From positions 127,100,001 to 127,164,000 of the forward strand of contig OZ024741.1 of NCBI GenBank assembly GCA_964016885.1: a stretch of DNA of 64,000 nt, written 5' to 3'. Positions 14,297 through 27,102 of this stretch are shown piece after piece; the first letter of the stretch is position 1; each line of letters begins with the position of its first letter. The notes under the pieces are model-generated. The model had not been told where the DNA came from, did not search any database, and was given only the letters and a program-made list of their open reading frames with translations. Origin of the DNA: Eledone cirrhosa (Eukaryota). A program made the translations under genes and the position numbers.

Positions 14297-14329
14297 AATA
14301 ACAATAACAATAATAATAATAATAATGAT

Positions 14330-14471
14330 AATTGTTTCTGCTTTAGGCACAAGGCTAGCAATTTAAAGGGGAGGGAGTCGATTAAATTGACTACAGTGCG
14401 TTTCTGGTGCTTTATTTTATAGACTTAGGATGTATGAAAGGCCAAGTTGACCTTGGCACGATTTGAACTCA
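14330..14471 (-). mobile_element. Diverged tRNA-SINE with (ATT)n tail
   Basis: Similar to the 6457 and 63791 SINEs in reverse orientation. Confidence 0.7.
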
Positions 14472-14739
14472 TGAGAGAATATATATTTTTATCCCGTGGG
14501 AGGTGGGTATTAGTAGTATGGTGAACTTGGCTTTAGTCGGGTGACAAAGTTGGTTCATAATGACCACATTTTTACTCAACGACACTCGTCACCGAAACAT
14601 TAATATACTTGATTCAATTTGGAAACCATTACTACGTAGTTGCTAGAAATAACAGCCAGATCTCTATATATTTAAAACGGAATAGCGCCTTACACAATGT
14701 AGTCAGAAATATACGGCTTGGACGTTACACCGCTTTAGA

Positions 14740-15130
14740 ATAATAACAAACAACCTCAATACATTGATTTATTGTGACTGAAAACGAAGGCATTAGACAA
14801 TGTGAAGTTGTGGTTGTATAAATAGAAGAGTGCCAAATATCAAAGCCTTGTACAGTTGGGGAAGGAGATGGGATGGCAGGCATGGTTATTTCCAGTTGAG
14901 ATGAACTGTAGAGAATTCCTGTCGGTATTGATGTGACAGGAGAAGATAGAAGCAACAACTCACAAGATGGGTGATGTAGCAAAAAGAGCCTCTTGTTGGT
15001 TATAGAGCAGAAGAGAACAGATAAGCTGGAAGCCAGGAAAAGATGAGCAGTGATTTGACCAACATTGCTGAACCACCAATGTGCCATTGTGCGTTACGGT
15101 TCAGGGTGGAAACACCAAATGAACGTTGAA
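14740..15130 (+). pseudogene. Degenerate RLE-type non-LTR C-terminus (HERO/NeSL-like)
   Basis: Fragments KYQSLV..GWQAWLFPVE..CR resemble this group. Confidence 0.45.
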
Positions 15131-15134
15131 CACC

Positions 15135-15633
15135 GTTTGATATCAACCGTTCCTGGCCAGAACTGCGTTCAACGAAGGGAGATGAGTGTGAACCGTTTCG
15201 ATACCAACCGGCCAAAACCAACACTGGTCCTATGAAGCAAAAGCACCCATTTTAATGGATACTTATTTAAATGAATATCGTTCAAAATGATTTTATATAA
15301 AAGCCCTATATTTAGTAACTAACTATCTTAATGAAGTAAATAATAATTTTAGAAAATCCCTCAAAACTATTCTATAATTAAATGAGACGGATAGAAAGAG
15401 CTATAAACTGAAACACTTGCAACCTTTCTGATATGGACCTGGCTAAAACCGGCTCTGATCCTATGAAGCAAAACCTACATGTTAAAGGGTTTCTATTTAA
15501 ATTAAAGTATTCTAATATAATTTTATAAGTTAGTAATGAAATAATTAATACTTTTTCGTAAATCTCTCAAAATTGTTCATTAATAAATTGAAATAGAGTA
15601 TATTTTATGAGATATATGATGTCAAAAGGGTTA
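15135..15633. repeat. Tandem ~230-bp degenerate units ending AAAGGGTTAA (piggyBac-like MITE)
   Basis: Repeated cctatgaagcaaaa...atttaaa motif at ~15228 and ~15460; GGGTTAA end. Confidence 0.4.
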
Positions 15634-17069
15634 AGCTGTAATTATTCTTATCGTTTCTGAGATGTATAAGCAGTAAAAGTGAAGTGAGATCGCTCCGATC
15701 GAGCAATTACTTTGCTTCCTTAGCTTGCTAGTTAATACTTTATCTCTAGCTGTAAATCACTCGCTATATAACTTTATCTTTGTAGTATATTAGATGTATT
15801 TTATATATTTTGTTTTTAGTTATCTCATTAGCTACTTCGCATATCTTAAATGTCCAACCTCTCACCATTTAATTAATTCCCGATATACACGTCACTAGCT
15901 CTTTCTCATCTCTTTTCCTTGCTCTTGCTCACTTTCAGTTTGTTACATTTTTATCTCATACCCATCTCAATCTCTCCTTCTTCCTTTATATATCTTTTTG
16001 TTCTTTTTAATTAGCTTATTAGCTATGTCTCACGCTCTTTCATATTAACAAGCTTCCAATGTCCACCCATTCTACTCGTTTTTGTTTTTGCTAGCTATCT
16101 TATTTTGTATTATTCCGCCCATAGATACACAAGAAGCCGACTTATACACATCCCCATGTAAAGGATTTCTATAATACGTGATGCAGATATGCCAATCGAT
16201 TTGAAATTAGCCAAACAATTGCGTATCTGGAATATTTTCAGTTAAATCAATGTAGAGAGTGTTTAGAAAACGCCGACAGCTAATTGTCATTTTATATCTA
16301 CGACATACCATACAGTCGATTATGTAAAAGACTAAATAGGATTTCCAGTTAGGTTTAAACCTCTAAGCTAGCGAGAACGATAATCAATTATTAATATATC
16401 CTCTTTTCTAGGAGCTGACAGACATAAAATTGAATGGAAGGATAAAGTAAAGTGTTCGCGGAAACGTTAATTTTCTAGCCTCTAGAAAATTTGGCGAAAA
16501 TTATTTGACAAGTAGATAGAATTGACACATGCTAACAAAAGGGAAATTGGATATCAATATTCCAGGAGTAATTAACGGAATATGAACCATAAATGAATTA
16601 CATTGACAGAGGTAGTTGACTGGAAAGGAAGCATGACATGGAGAAAATCGTTCTTTTCCAGGGGAAAATGCACAGAAACCAACTCGAGTTTAATAACTGA
16701 CTAAAATTTACTTGAATAACGATGGATAATACGAAATAGACAGTAGAAGATATTAGATCATATTATATTATATATTATATAATCATATTATATAATATAT
16801 AACATGATATCACTGCAATGTATTGTTGTCATGCATGGCAGTAAGATTAATGTATGGCAATGCGCACTAGTTGACAGTGAGAACTTGCATGTTTTTCCTC
16901 AAAGGATATATGGATATATATATATTAAGAATCTTAATTGAAGGGAAGAGCTTCTAAGATTTCAGCAGCCGAGAATAGAATTGAAAACGTACATTGTTCC
17001 ATGGACGTTTATCTTCACAGTGATCACCAGCCGCTCTTATACCGTTAAAGGTAGCCACGTTTAGGTACG

Positions 17070-17136
17070 GTTGAAACACACATACACACATGCATGTAGT
17101 CGTTAACACACACATATGGCTGAGTGTGCATGTGTG

Positions 17137-17189
<53 letters not shown>

Positions 17190-18740
17190 TTTCACCGCCC
17201 ACCCCACAACTAACAATACTAACACCTCCACGCCGCCCCTCATCCGACCACCCTTCCCCAACTAACATACTAACATCCCTCCCTTCTTCTCCTCCCCCCT
17301 CCTTATCACACGCACACACACACCGGCACATATATACACGCGCTCACACTAAACACACGCCCTACTACCACCACTAACCCTCACCCCCACACCTCCATCC
17401 CACCACCCCGCAATTAACATCACTAACACCCCTGACCCCAAGCACACGAACACACGCACCCACTTACACCACCCACCCCACACGCAACTAACATCACTAA
17501 CACCCCCCAACCCCACGCACACGTACCCACACACCCTCGTACACCACCAACTCTACACACCCTACCACCACTAACCCCCACTCACACCTGCATTCAACCC
17601 TTTCCCCACCTCCCGTATACTAACACCCACTAACACCCCATTCATCAAACTACACACACACCAGTACACCACACTCCCTCCATCGACCCCCACACCCTTC
17701 ATTCCCTGCTCCACCCACACCCTTTCTCCACACTCACTCATCCCACTAACACCTCTACTAATACACACACACACCCTCCTCACTCCAACTTTCACACCTA
17801 CCCATCCTCGCCCCTTCCACCCGACTGCTGCTATGCCCTCTGACCACCTCCCAGCACAAACAGACACACAGCACTCCCACCGGCTTGACCACTTCCTGTT
17901 GCGCGCGCACCCCACATCTCTCCTTTTCCAACCATCTCTTCATGGAATACTCGTATGTGGAACTTGACCACCGTGGAATCTACTAACATCATAGGAGTTT
18001 ACCAACATTTCAACCACATCCTCTTACGGAATCACCTATATAACTCACCCACACACACACCCAAAAAAAAATTTTTTTTTTTTCTCCCACACGCCACCTA
18101 CACCCACAACACGCTTAAACCCCACACACACGTGCTTTCCACCACATATTTACACCCTCAGCCTCCGGATTCCTCTCCCCCCACCCCTCTACCCAACACA
18201 CACGCACAGACACTCCGACCTACACCCCAACCCACACACACCTCTTCCTGAACATGCAACCCCGTTCTTCCCCCAACCCTTGCTTTCACATACACACACA
18301 CACACACGTACACCTACACACACACACCACCTTCAGCCCTCCCCGCTCGGACACCCCGTCTCCCTCTCCCCACTCCACCCGCCACCACCCCTACACACCC
18401 CACACCCTTCCACCACCTGTTTTACCCCTTTTTAATTTCAGTTTATTTTGATCATGCTTTTATATTTATTTTTATTTCATTTCATTTTATTTTGATCATG
18501 CTTTATTTTTATTTTTATTTTTAATTTCATTCGCACCGTTTCCTCCCACCCCCTTTTCGCTATATGTCTCTCCACCACTCCCCTACACACCCTTTGAACT
18601 CTCTTCCCACACACTTCTCACCTGAGCAAGGGCTTATGCCCGAAACGTCGTTCCCCACCACCACCCCACTCTCCAGAGCGTGAAATTAATAAACATTCGT
18701 TGTACTGCCTCTCTGTTTTGTTCCTGTTCACATTTTCCAT
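17070..18740 (+). mobile_element. C/A-rich PLE-like 3' region with hammerhead-like motif
   Basis: ac-CTGAGCA-a-gggc-ttat-gccc-GAAACGTC-gt at 18620-18651, AATAAA near 18688, then (TA)n. Confidence 0.5.
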
Positions 18741-18815
18741 TATATATATATATATATAATTGTAGGCTCGCCAGTGTGAATAAGGATAAAATGCATTTAT
18801 ATATAATCAATGTGC

Positions 18816-18973
<158 letters not shown>

Positions 18974-19156
18974 GTGTGTGTGTGTGAATATCTTATTACA
19001 TTGAAATTCTTTGACGTACGGTCGAGCGATCGATTAAAACCGTTTCATGTCGTTAACCCAACACATTACACGCGGTGTATATATATATGTGTGTGTGTAT
19101 ATATATATGTGTGCAAATATATATGTATAAATAAATGTATGTTTGTATATAAATGG

Positions 19157-19267
<111 letters not shown>

Positions 19268-19289
19268 GATAATTTAATATATCAACTAA

Positions 19290-19928
19290 CATAAGCGCAC
19301 AGATGCACGCCCATGCCAGCAAATACACAGGTTATGTCATAGTACCTAGGTGGTTCAATGCAGGAGAATGCAGAACAATAATATAAAGGACGTAAAATAA
19401 GAAAATATTTTTTTAAAAAAATTTAAAAAAAATTTTTTTCTTACTTAAATTTTCACTCCAACTAATTAGTTTCTGCAATGGGATAAAGACAGTTACGTAA
19501 TCCAACTGTCGAGAATTCATTGCGTCATCAGGAAGTCTATTCTCAGTTAAGTCTCCAGGCAATGCGCGGACACTGGCGGCTCATATAAAAATAATAATAA
19601 TTCGGTAGATCGAACAGCTTGCGAGGACTGGATTCTATGTACCGAAATTCTCACTGCTTCAAGCAGTGAGAATTTCGGTACATAGAATCCAGTCCTCGCA
19701 AGCTGTTCGATCTACCGAATTATTATTATTTTTATATGAGCCGCCAGTGTCCGCGCATTGCCTGGAGACTTAACTGAGAATAGACTTCCTGATGACGCAA
19801 TGAATTCTCGACAGTTGGATTACGTAACTGTCTTTATCCCATTGCAGAAACTAATTAGTTGGAGTGAAAATTTAAGTAAGAAAAAAATTTTTAAATTTTT
19901 TTAAAAAAATATTTTCTTATTTTACGTC

Positions 19929-19936
<8 letters not shown>
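19290..19936. mobile_element. Near-perfect palindromic PLE foldback (family D)
   Basis: Arms 19381-19659 and 19661-19936 with 1-nt centre; left-only tail; (TA)n flanks. Confidence 0.9.
19784..19865 (+). ncRNA. Type I hammerhead ribozyme (mirror copy at 19455-19536, minus strand)
   Basis: acttc-CTGATGA-cgcaatg...cattgca-GAAACTAATTAGTT-ggagt. Confidence 0.8.
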
Positions 19937-20014
<78 letters not shown>

Positions 20015-20065
20015 CCATTTATATATATTTATGGTCCATCTGGTTCCTTACCACAATTCCTTCGT

Positions 20066-20317
<252 letters not shown>

Positions 20318-20325
20318 ATATATAC

Positions 20326-20366
<41 letters not shown>

Positions 20367-20370
<4 letters not shown>

Positions 20371-21056
20371 AAGTTTGTCCTTCATCAGTGGCCTTCCAAC
20401 CGTCACAGGCATTTCATCGCTTTAAAGGCCATATACCTCAGGTTGGTGCGAGCAACGGCTAAAAAAAGTCGTTGGGACACGTAAATAAAGGGGACGCTAG
20501 GGTAAACAAACAAAATGGTTTAAGCAACAGAAAGTGATGAAGAAAGAGACAAGTCCCACATTTCTATGAATATAAATTCGGTGAAATCGTGAACGAGAGA
20601 ATAAAGACCATCAAACCTGGTTGAAATGTGAGCAAGGAAGGAATTTCGCACAGGTCTAACGGGAGGAAGAAGGGGTCTGGTCTGCGAATTCGGTAAACAT
20701 AAGTTCTGTGAAGTCGCAGACGAGAGAGAGAGAAAAAAAATTCATACCGGCTTAGCCAAGAGCGCGCGAGAAAAGAATTACGGACAGGTCAAACGGGAAG
20801 AAAGGGGAGGAGGAGAAGTAGTGACAGAGAATGAGTGAGTGAAAGGTGAGGAAGAGGCTAACAGAGAGAGAGAGACTGCTAGAAAGGGTAAAGATACAAA
20901 GAACGAAACAGACGGGTAGCAGCAGAGGAAAAAATATATGTGTAAATATGATAATAATGGAGCTGCGGCGTTGCAAATGGGTTACATATGAAAACGTTTG
21001 TCCTTCATCAGTGGCCTTCCAACCGTCACAGGCATTTCATCGCTTTAAAGGCCATA
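20367..21056 (-). repeat. ~68-bp direct repeats (20367-20434, 20988-21056) flanking a purine-rich spacer; pLTR-like
   Basis: Near-identical repeats containing CTGATGA on the minus strand. Confidence 0.7.
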
Positions 21057-21154
21057 TACATATATTTACATATACATATGTATGGAGAGAGAAAGAAAGG
21101 ACGAGATACATTCATATATATTTACATATATATGTAAATATATATGCATATCTA

Positions 21155-21195
<41 letters not shown>

Positions 21196-21198
<3 letters not shown>

Positions 21199-21424
21199 AA
21201 CCAGTAAGACCCCGACAGCTGAGCTCAAGCCGTTTCGACGGCTAATTCTGGACTAAAAAAAAAAAAAAAAAAATTTTTTTTTTTTTTAGTCCAGAATTAC
21301 CCGTCTAAACGGCTTGAGCTCAGCTGTCGGGGTCTTACTGGTTCCTATTACCCACTCTACTACCTCAAGTATTGAGTACTTTGGTGCGTTATGGTCCACC
21401 TGGTTCCTTACCACATTTCCTTCG

Positions 21425-21427
<3 letters not shown>
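21196..21427. mobile_element. Family B mini-foldback with A19T14 centre
   Basis: Arm 21196-21254 is inverted relative to 21288-21348; tail on the right. Confidence 0.85.
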
Positions 21428-21515
<88 letters not shown>

Positions 21516-21669
21516 TATGCATATATATTTATAAGTAGAACGGGTATTTAATTTGTTGGAAGTCCGATAAATATAAATGTTTATAACTGATTTAGAGCAT
21601 TCAACAATTTACTGGAGTAAATATTCAATGATATTAAATGAATAGAAACTATATTTATAAAACCATATT

Positions 21670-21733
21670 TATTTTATTATATATATTTCAAGGGTACCAA
21701 GACAACATTGGTACGCTTTCATCAGATAAAATA
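21670..21733 (-). ncRNA. Type I hammerhead ribozyme, family A (mirror at 25178-25242 has GAAA>GATA)
   Basis: tattttat-CTGATGA-aagcgtaccaa..ttggtaccctt-GAAA-tatata-TA-ataaaata. Confidence 0.85.
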
Positions 21734-22579
21734 CAAAGTTTGTTTTATAAATAGAGACATACACATGAATATGTAAATAATTGAAAACCAACCGTTTATT
21801 TAAACGACACTGAAAGAGAGAGAGAAGATATACGGGAGAAAGATAAAAATATTACGAGAGAGAGAGAAGAAATAAACAAAAGAAGATGAATAAAACTCAT
21901 ATAACGTTAATTTGGGGGAAATATATTCTAAGTATATATCTTAATAGTACGTGTATTTACGATTATTAGTTGTTTAAAATTCGTTTATAATATAATATTT
22001 TCTGTTATAAGTAGATAAATAAATAAATAAATAAATAAATAGATGGGTATATCATGCTATAGATAATTGTTTTAATGAGTTTTGAGGGATATTGGTTTTG
22101 TATTTAATGTAAGTAAATATTAAGTTAAGTTAAATTAAATTAACTGAGTTAATAAGAATATTTATATTTATATATTTTAAAATGGGAAGATACGGAAAAA
22201 CTCCAGTTTAATTTATTTATTCGTTAGTATGAGACTATTTAGTCAAAATAAATATAAATGTTGAAAGATATATTTAACCAGAATCAGTTAGTGGTTATAA
22301 ATCTAATAAAAAATATTGAAAAAATATTTAAAATTTGAGAAAATGTTTTTTAAAATAATTTATAAAAGATAAGTAATTTTATAAAGAAATAAAAATTAAA
22401 TAATTAAAAATAAAGAATTAAAAATTATTAAGATTAAAATTACAATTAAAATTAAAATTTTTAAAGAAATTAGAATTATATATGTATATATTTTATGAAA
22501 CTTTAAGAAGTGGATGTATATGTATATATATGAAGTAGAATTATATATGTATATATTGTATGAAACTTTAAGAAGTGGA

Positions 22580-24110
22580 TATATTAGATAGAATCATACC
22601 GCAACTTACCTAAAACTATGGAACGGTACTAATGAGGTTATAGATTGGTTCAATAACATAAAATTTAAACATTCATTCAATTGGATATTGCAAACTACTA
22701 CTCCTCTATTACTCCTAATTTACTTAATAAAGCTCTTATCTATGCATCTAAACATACAGATTTATCTAGCGAAGAAATGCATATCATTTTAACTGCACGG
22801 AAAACTTTTATTGAATTCAACAATCATCTCTGGACTAGAGCCGATAGAAAAAATAATTTTGATATCACCATAGGATCATCAGACTCGGCGCAAATAACGG
22901 ATCTTGTGGGAATATTTATTAATAGAAAAATACCAGAGATGACCAGTGGTTTATATCGTGATATATGCTGCTTTTAATTGAAAATCATAGTCATTGTGAA
23001 ATTAATAGGAAAAGAAAAGCCATAATACAATTCTTCAATAGCTACAACCTTAAGTTAGAAATAGAGAATAACTATACAATTGTTAACTTTTTAGACGTAA
23101 CATTAAACCTTAACACAGGGCTCTACTATCCATTCCATAAAATTAATGAGAATCTAAACTATGTAAGTTTTAACTCTAATCATCCTAGATCTATCAAGAA
23201 CACTATTATTATTCAATAACGTATTTCACGCATCTCCGCTAATAAAAACATTTTTGACGATAAGGCAGAATATTATAATGAAGCTTTAAATAGAGCAGGC
23301 TATATAAATAAGATTAAATACATCGACAACAATAATAAGGCAAATAACCCTAATATTAATTATAATTATAATAAAAAATGTTACTTAAACTCTAAAACTA
23401 GCAGAAGAACTAGAACTAGATATATTATTTGGTATTCACCCCCATTCTCATTAAGCGTAAAAACACCTTTAGCAAAGCTATTCTTTAAAGCACTAGATAA
23501 ATGTTTTCCTAAAGCCCACAGATACCACTCAATCTTTAACAGACATACTATAAAACTATCCTACTCTACCACTATGAACATAGCACAAAATATAAATAGA
23601 ATTAATAATAGAAATTTAAACCCTAAGCAAAATAACCAAAATAGCAGTAATATCTCTAGCAATATCCAACATAATAGTACCGTTCTGAATAACAACTCCG
23701 CAAAATGTAACTGTAGAATTAAATCAAACTGTCCTTTACAAAATAAGTGTTTAGATAAGGATGTCGTCTATAAATGTACAGTCAAAACCAGTGATAATAT
23801 ATTTAACTATGTAGGTGCAACTTCTACAGAATTTAAAAGTCGCTGGAATAATCACGAGTGTTCTTTCCGAAGATTTGATAAAAAAATTTTAACTCCTCTT
23901 TCAAACCTGATATGGAACTTAAAATGCAAGAATATGGACTATTCATTAACTTGGGAAATAGTTTCAAAAGCACCCGCGTACCGAAACACAGCTTTATCTA
24001 GATTCTGTAAATTTTTTCATACTTAAATGTAAGAACTTTATTAATCTAAGAACGAATTTATTTAATTCTTGTAGACATCGTCTGCATTCAACATTCAGAA
24101 CTATATATAA
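22580..24110 (+). pseudogene. Naiad-like PLE RT + GIY-YIG, disrupted
   Basis: DIANYYSSI, FDITIGSSDSAQ, LYRD, NFLDVTL, SNHP, CNCRIKSNCPLQNKC..VVYKC..YVGAT. Confidence 0.9.
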
Positions 24111-25311
24111 ATTATAATTATACTTATAATATTTCTACTTATTTCCATAACAATCTTATCCACTTGGTTTTAATATATTGATATCTCTAAATCATAAAAT
24201 CTACAACATTTACTATAATTCCACTTCTTAAAGTTTCATAAAATATATACATATATAATTCTAATTTCTTTAAAAATTTTAATTTTAATTTTAATTTTAA
24301 TTTTAATTTTAATTTTAATTTTAATTTTAATTTTAATTTTAATTTTAATTTTAATTTTAATTTTAATTTTAATTTTAATTTTAATTGTAATTTTAATCTT
24401 AATAATTTTTAATTCTTTATTTTTATTTATTTTATTTTTATTTATTTTAAAAATTACTTATTTTTTATAAATTATTTTTTAAAACATTTTCTCAAATTTT
24501 TAATATTTTTTCAATATTTTTTATTAGATTTATAACCACTAACTGATTCTGGTTAAATATATCTTTCAACATTTATATTTATTTTGACTAAATAGTCTCA
24601 TACTAACGAATAAATAAATTAAACTGGAGTTTTTCCGTATCTTCCCATTTTAAAATATATAAATATAAATATTCTTATTAACTCAGTTAATTTAATTTAT
24701 GTTAACTTAATATTTACTTACATTAAATACAAAACCAATATCCCTCATAACTCATTGAAACAATTATCTATAGCATGATATACACATCTATTTATTTATT
24801 TATTTATCTACTTATAACAGAAAATATTATATTATAAATGAATTTTAAACAACTAATAATCGTAAATACACGTACTATTAAGATATATACTTAGAATATA
24901 TTTCCCCCAAATTAACGTTATATGAGTTTTATTCATCCTCTCTTGTTTATTTCTTCTTCCTCTCTCTCGTACTATTTTATCTTTCTCCCGTATATCTTCT
25001 CTCTCTCTTTCTCCAGTGTCGTTTAAATAAGCGGTTGGTTTTCAATTATTTACATATTCATTTACATATTCACACATAAGTTTGAATAATCCCATATATA
25101 TTTCCACTATCCAGTGAATTTCCAACCGATAAGGTATGATTTTTATGTGTATGTCTCTATTTATAAAACAAACTTTGTATTTTATCTGATGAAAGCGTAC
25201 CAATGTTGTCTTGGTACCCTTGATATTATATATAATAAAATAAATATAGTTTTATAAATATAGTTTCCATTTATTTAATATCATTGTATATATGTATATA
25301 TGTATATACAT

Positions 25312-25427
<116 letters not shown>

Positions 25428-25500
25428 ACAAATATATATATGTCGCAAATATATATATGTCGCACCTCCGAATCCCTTTTAAAATTATATATATATACAT

Positions 25501-25587
<87 letters not shown>

Positions 25588-26118
25588 CATCTGTATGTGT
25601 ATATATATATATATATTGGTAAACGGAAAGGAAAATGCTGACAAATTGTTCACAGTGAAAAATAGTTTAATTAGGAATAAGTGAGAATTAGTAATAGTAT
25701 TGGTTAGTATTCAGTTTTGGTTTTAAGTTTTACCGGTTGCGCATTTCTAATGCTTTTCAAAAATAATTTTGAGATAGAGCGTCCGTGATGTTTGCCCTGA
25801 TCTGATAGTTTTGGGAATTCTACCTGTTTTTATGTTAAAAAAGTGGCTCCAGCGGTATTAAAATAAGTTTTGCGCCAATTCGTGTTGCAAAAATTCTTGT
25901 GGTCAAAACAATTTTGATTGGTCGGTAGAGGTCATGTGAATGTAAAAAATTGATTTTGCGCCAAATGTAGGTTTGTGTCGGCTGACTGAGAAATAAGTCT
26001 TTCACAACAAATATGTGTGTGTGTGTAGTAGTAGTAAATAGGTTCGTTGTTGTGATAATGGTCAGCAGGGATGTGTATGCGAACCGCAGCCTGTTGACAG
26101 TTCAAATGCCTATTAAGA

Positions 26119-26181
<63 letters not shown>

Positions 26182-26366
26182 CAGAGTAATTCGTGGTAGA
26201 GGGATGGTGAGTAGGAATGTGCCTGTAAGTGTGTGGGGGATATTTTAACATGTTAAAAGATATTTTTTCAGCTCTTGTCTTATACGGAGAAGTGTGTGTG
26301 TGTGTGTGTATGTGTGTGTGCGTGTGTCTCTTTGTATGTTAATGTACGCGTGTGTGTATGTGTGTG

Positions 26367-26447
<81 letters not shown>

Positions 26448-26624
26448 AAGAGAGAATGTGTGTGTGTGTGTGTGTGGATGGATCAGTATTTATTTCTGTT
26501 GAAATGGTGTACATTATTCGATATTTTCAGTAAAATCGATTCTCTCAATAGAACATCAAAAACCTTAATAATAAAAGGTGTGAAATGATATATAGTATTG
26601 GCATAATACCAAGGTGTGTGTGAG

Positions 26625-26880
26625 TGTCCAGATTGTACGTACTGCAAGGGGATCCATTAGGCATTGCCGTATTGGAATACCTGTGCACAAATATGTATCT
26701 GGAGTGTGTCCAGAAATTGTATAGCTGTGCACAAATTGTACACATGTATCTGGAGTGTGTCCAGAAATTGTATACCTGTGCACAAATATGTATCTGGAGT
26801 GTGTCCAGATTGTACGCACTGCAAGGGGAATTCATTAGGCTTTGCCGTATTTGAATACCTGTGCACAAATATGTATGTGC
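26625..26880. repeat. ~44-bp minisatellite in the Neptune 3' region (mirror at 44140-44410)
   Basis: Repeated tgtgcacaaatatgtatctggagtgtgtccaga units. Confidence 0.85.
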
Positions 26881-27102
26881 CCATCAGTGTGCAATGCATG
26901 TGTACGTTTATGTATGTGTGTGTGTTGGCACGTTTATATCTATAGACATCAAAAGGTATGCAAATTTGTGTATATTTGTGTTGCACCATAGAACATGTGT
27001 GTTTGCGTATGTCATTGTGTTTATATGTGGGTAGAGATGTATGCTGATGTAGCTATGTATGTTGACGTGTGTATGTTGACGTGTGTATGTTGTGGGTTCG
27101 TC

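Larger units (their letters stand above)
21530..25287 (+). mobile_element. Naiad-like PLE (family A) with ~0.9-1 kb inverted arms
   Basis: Arms ~21625-22514 and ~24221-25287 around an RT/GIY-YIG remnant; tail on the left arm only. Confidence 0.9.

Noticed and set aside
16412-16470. Possible small exon after TTTTCTAG
   Set aside because: Short, weak donor, no recognisable product
26625-26880. CRISPR-like spaced repeats (also 33970-34047)
   Set aside because: Contiguous minisatellites without unique spacers; eukaryotic context; no cas genes
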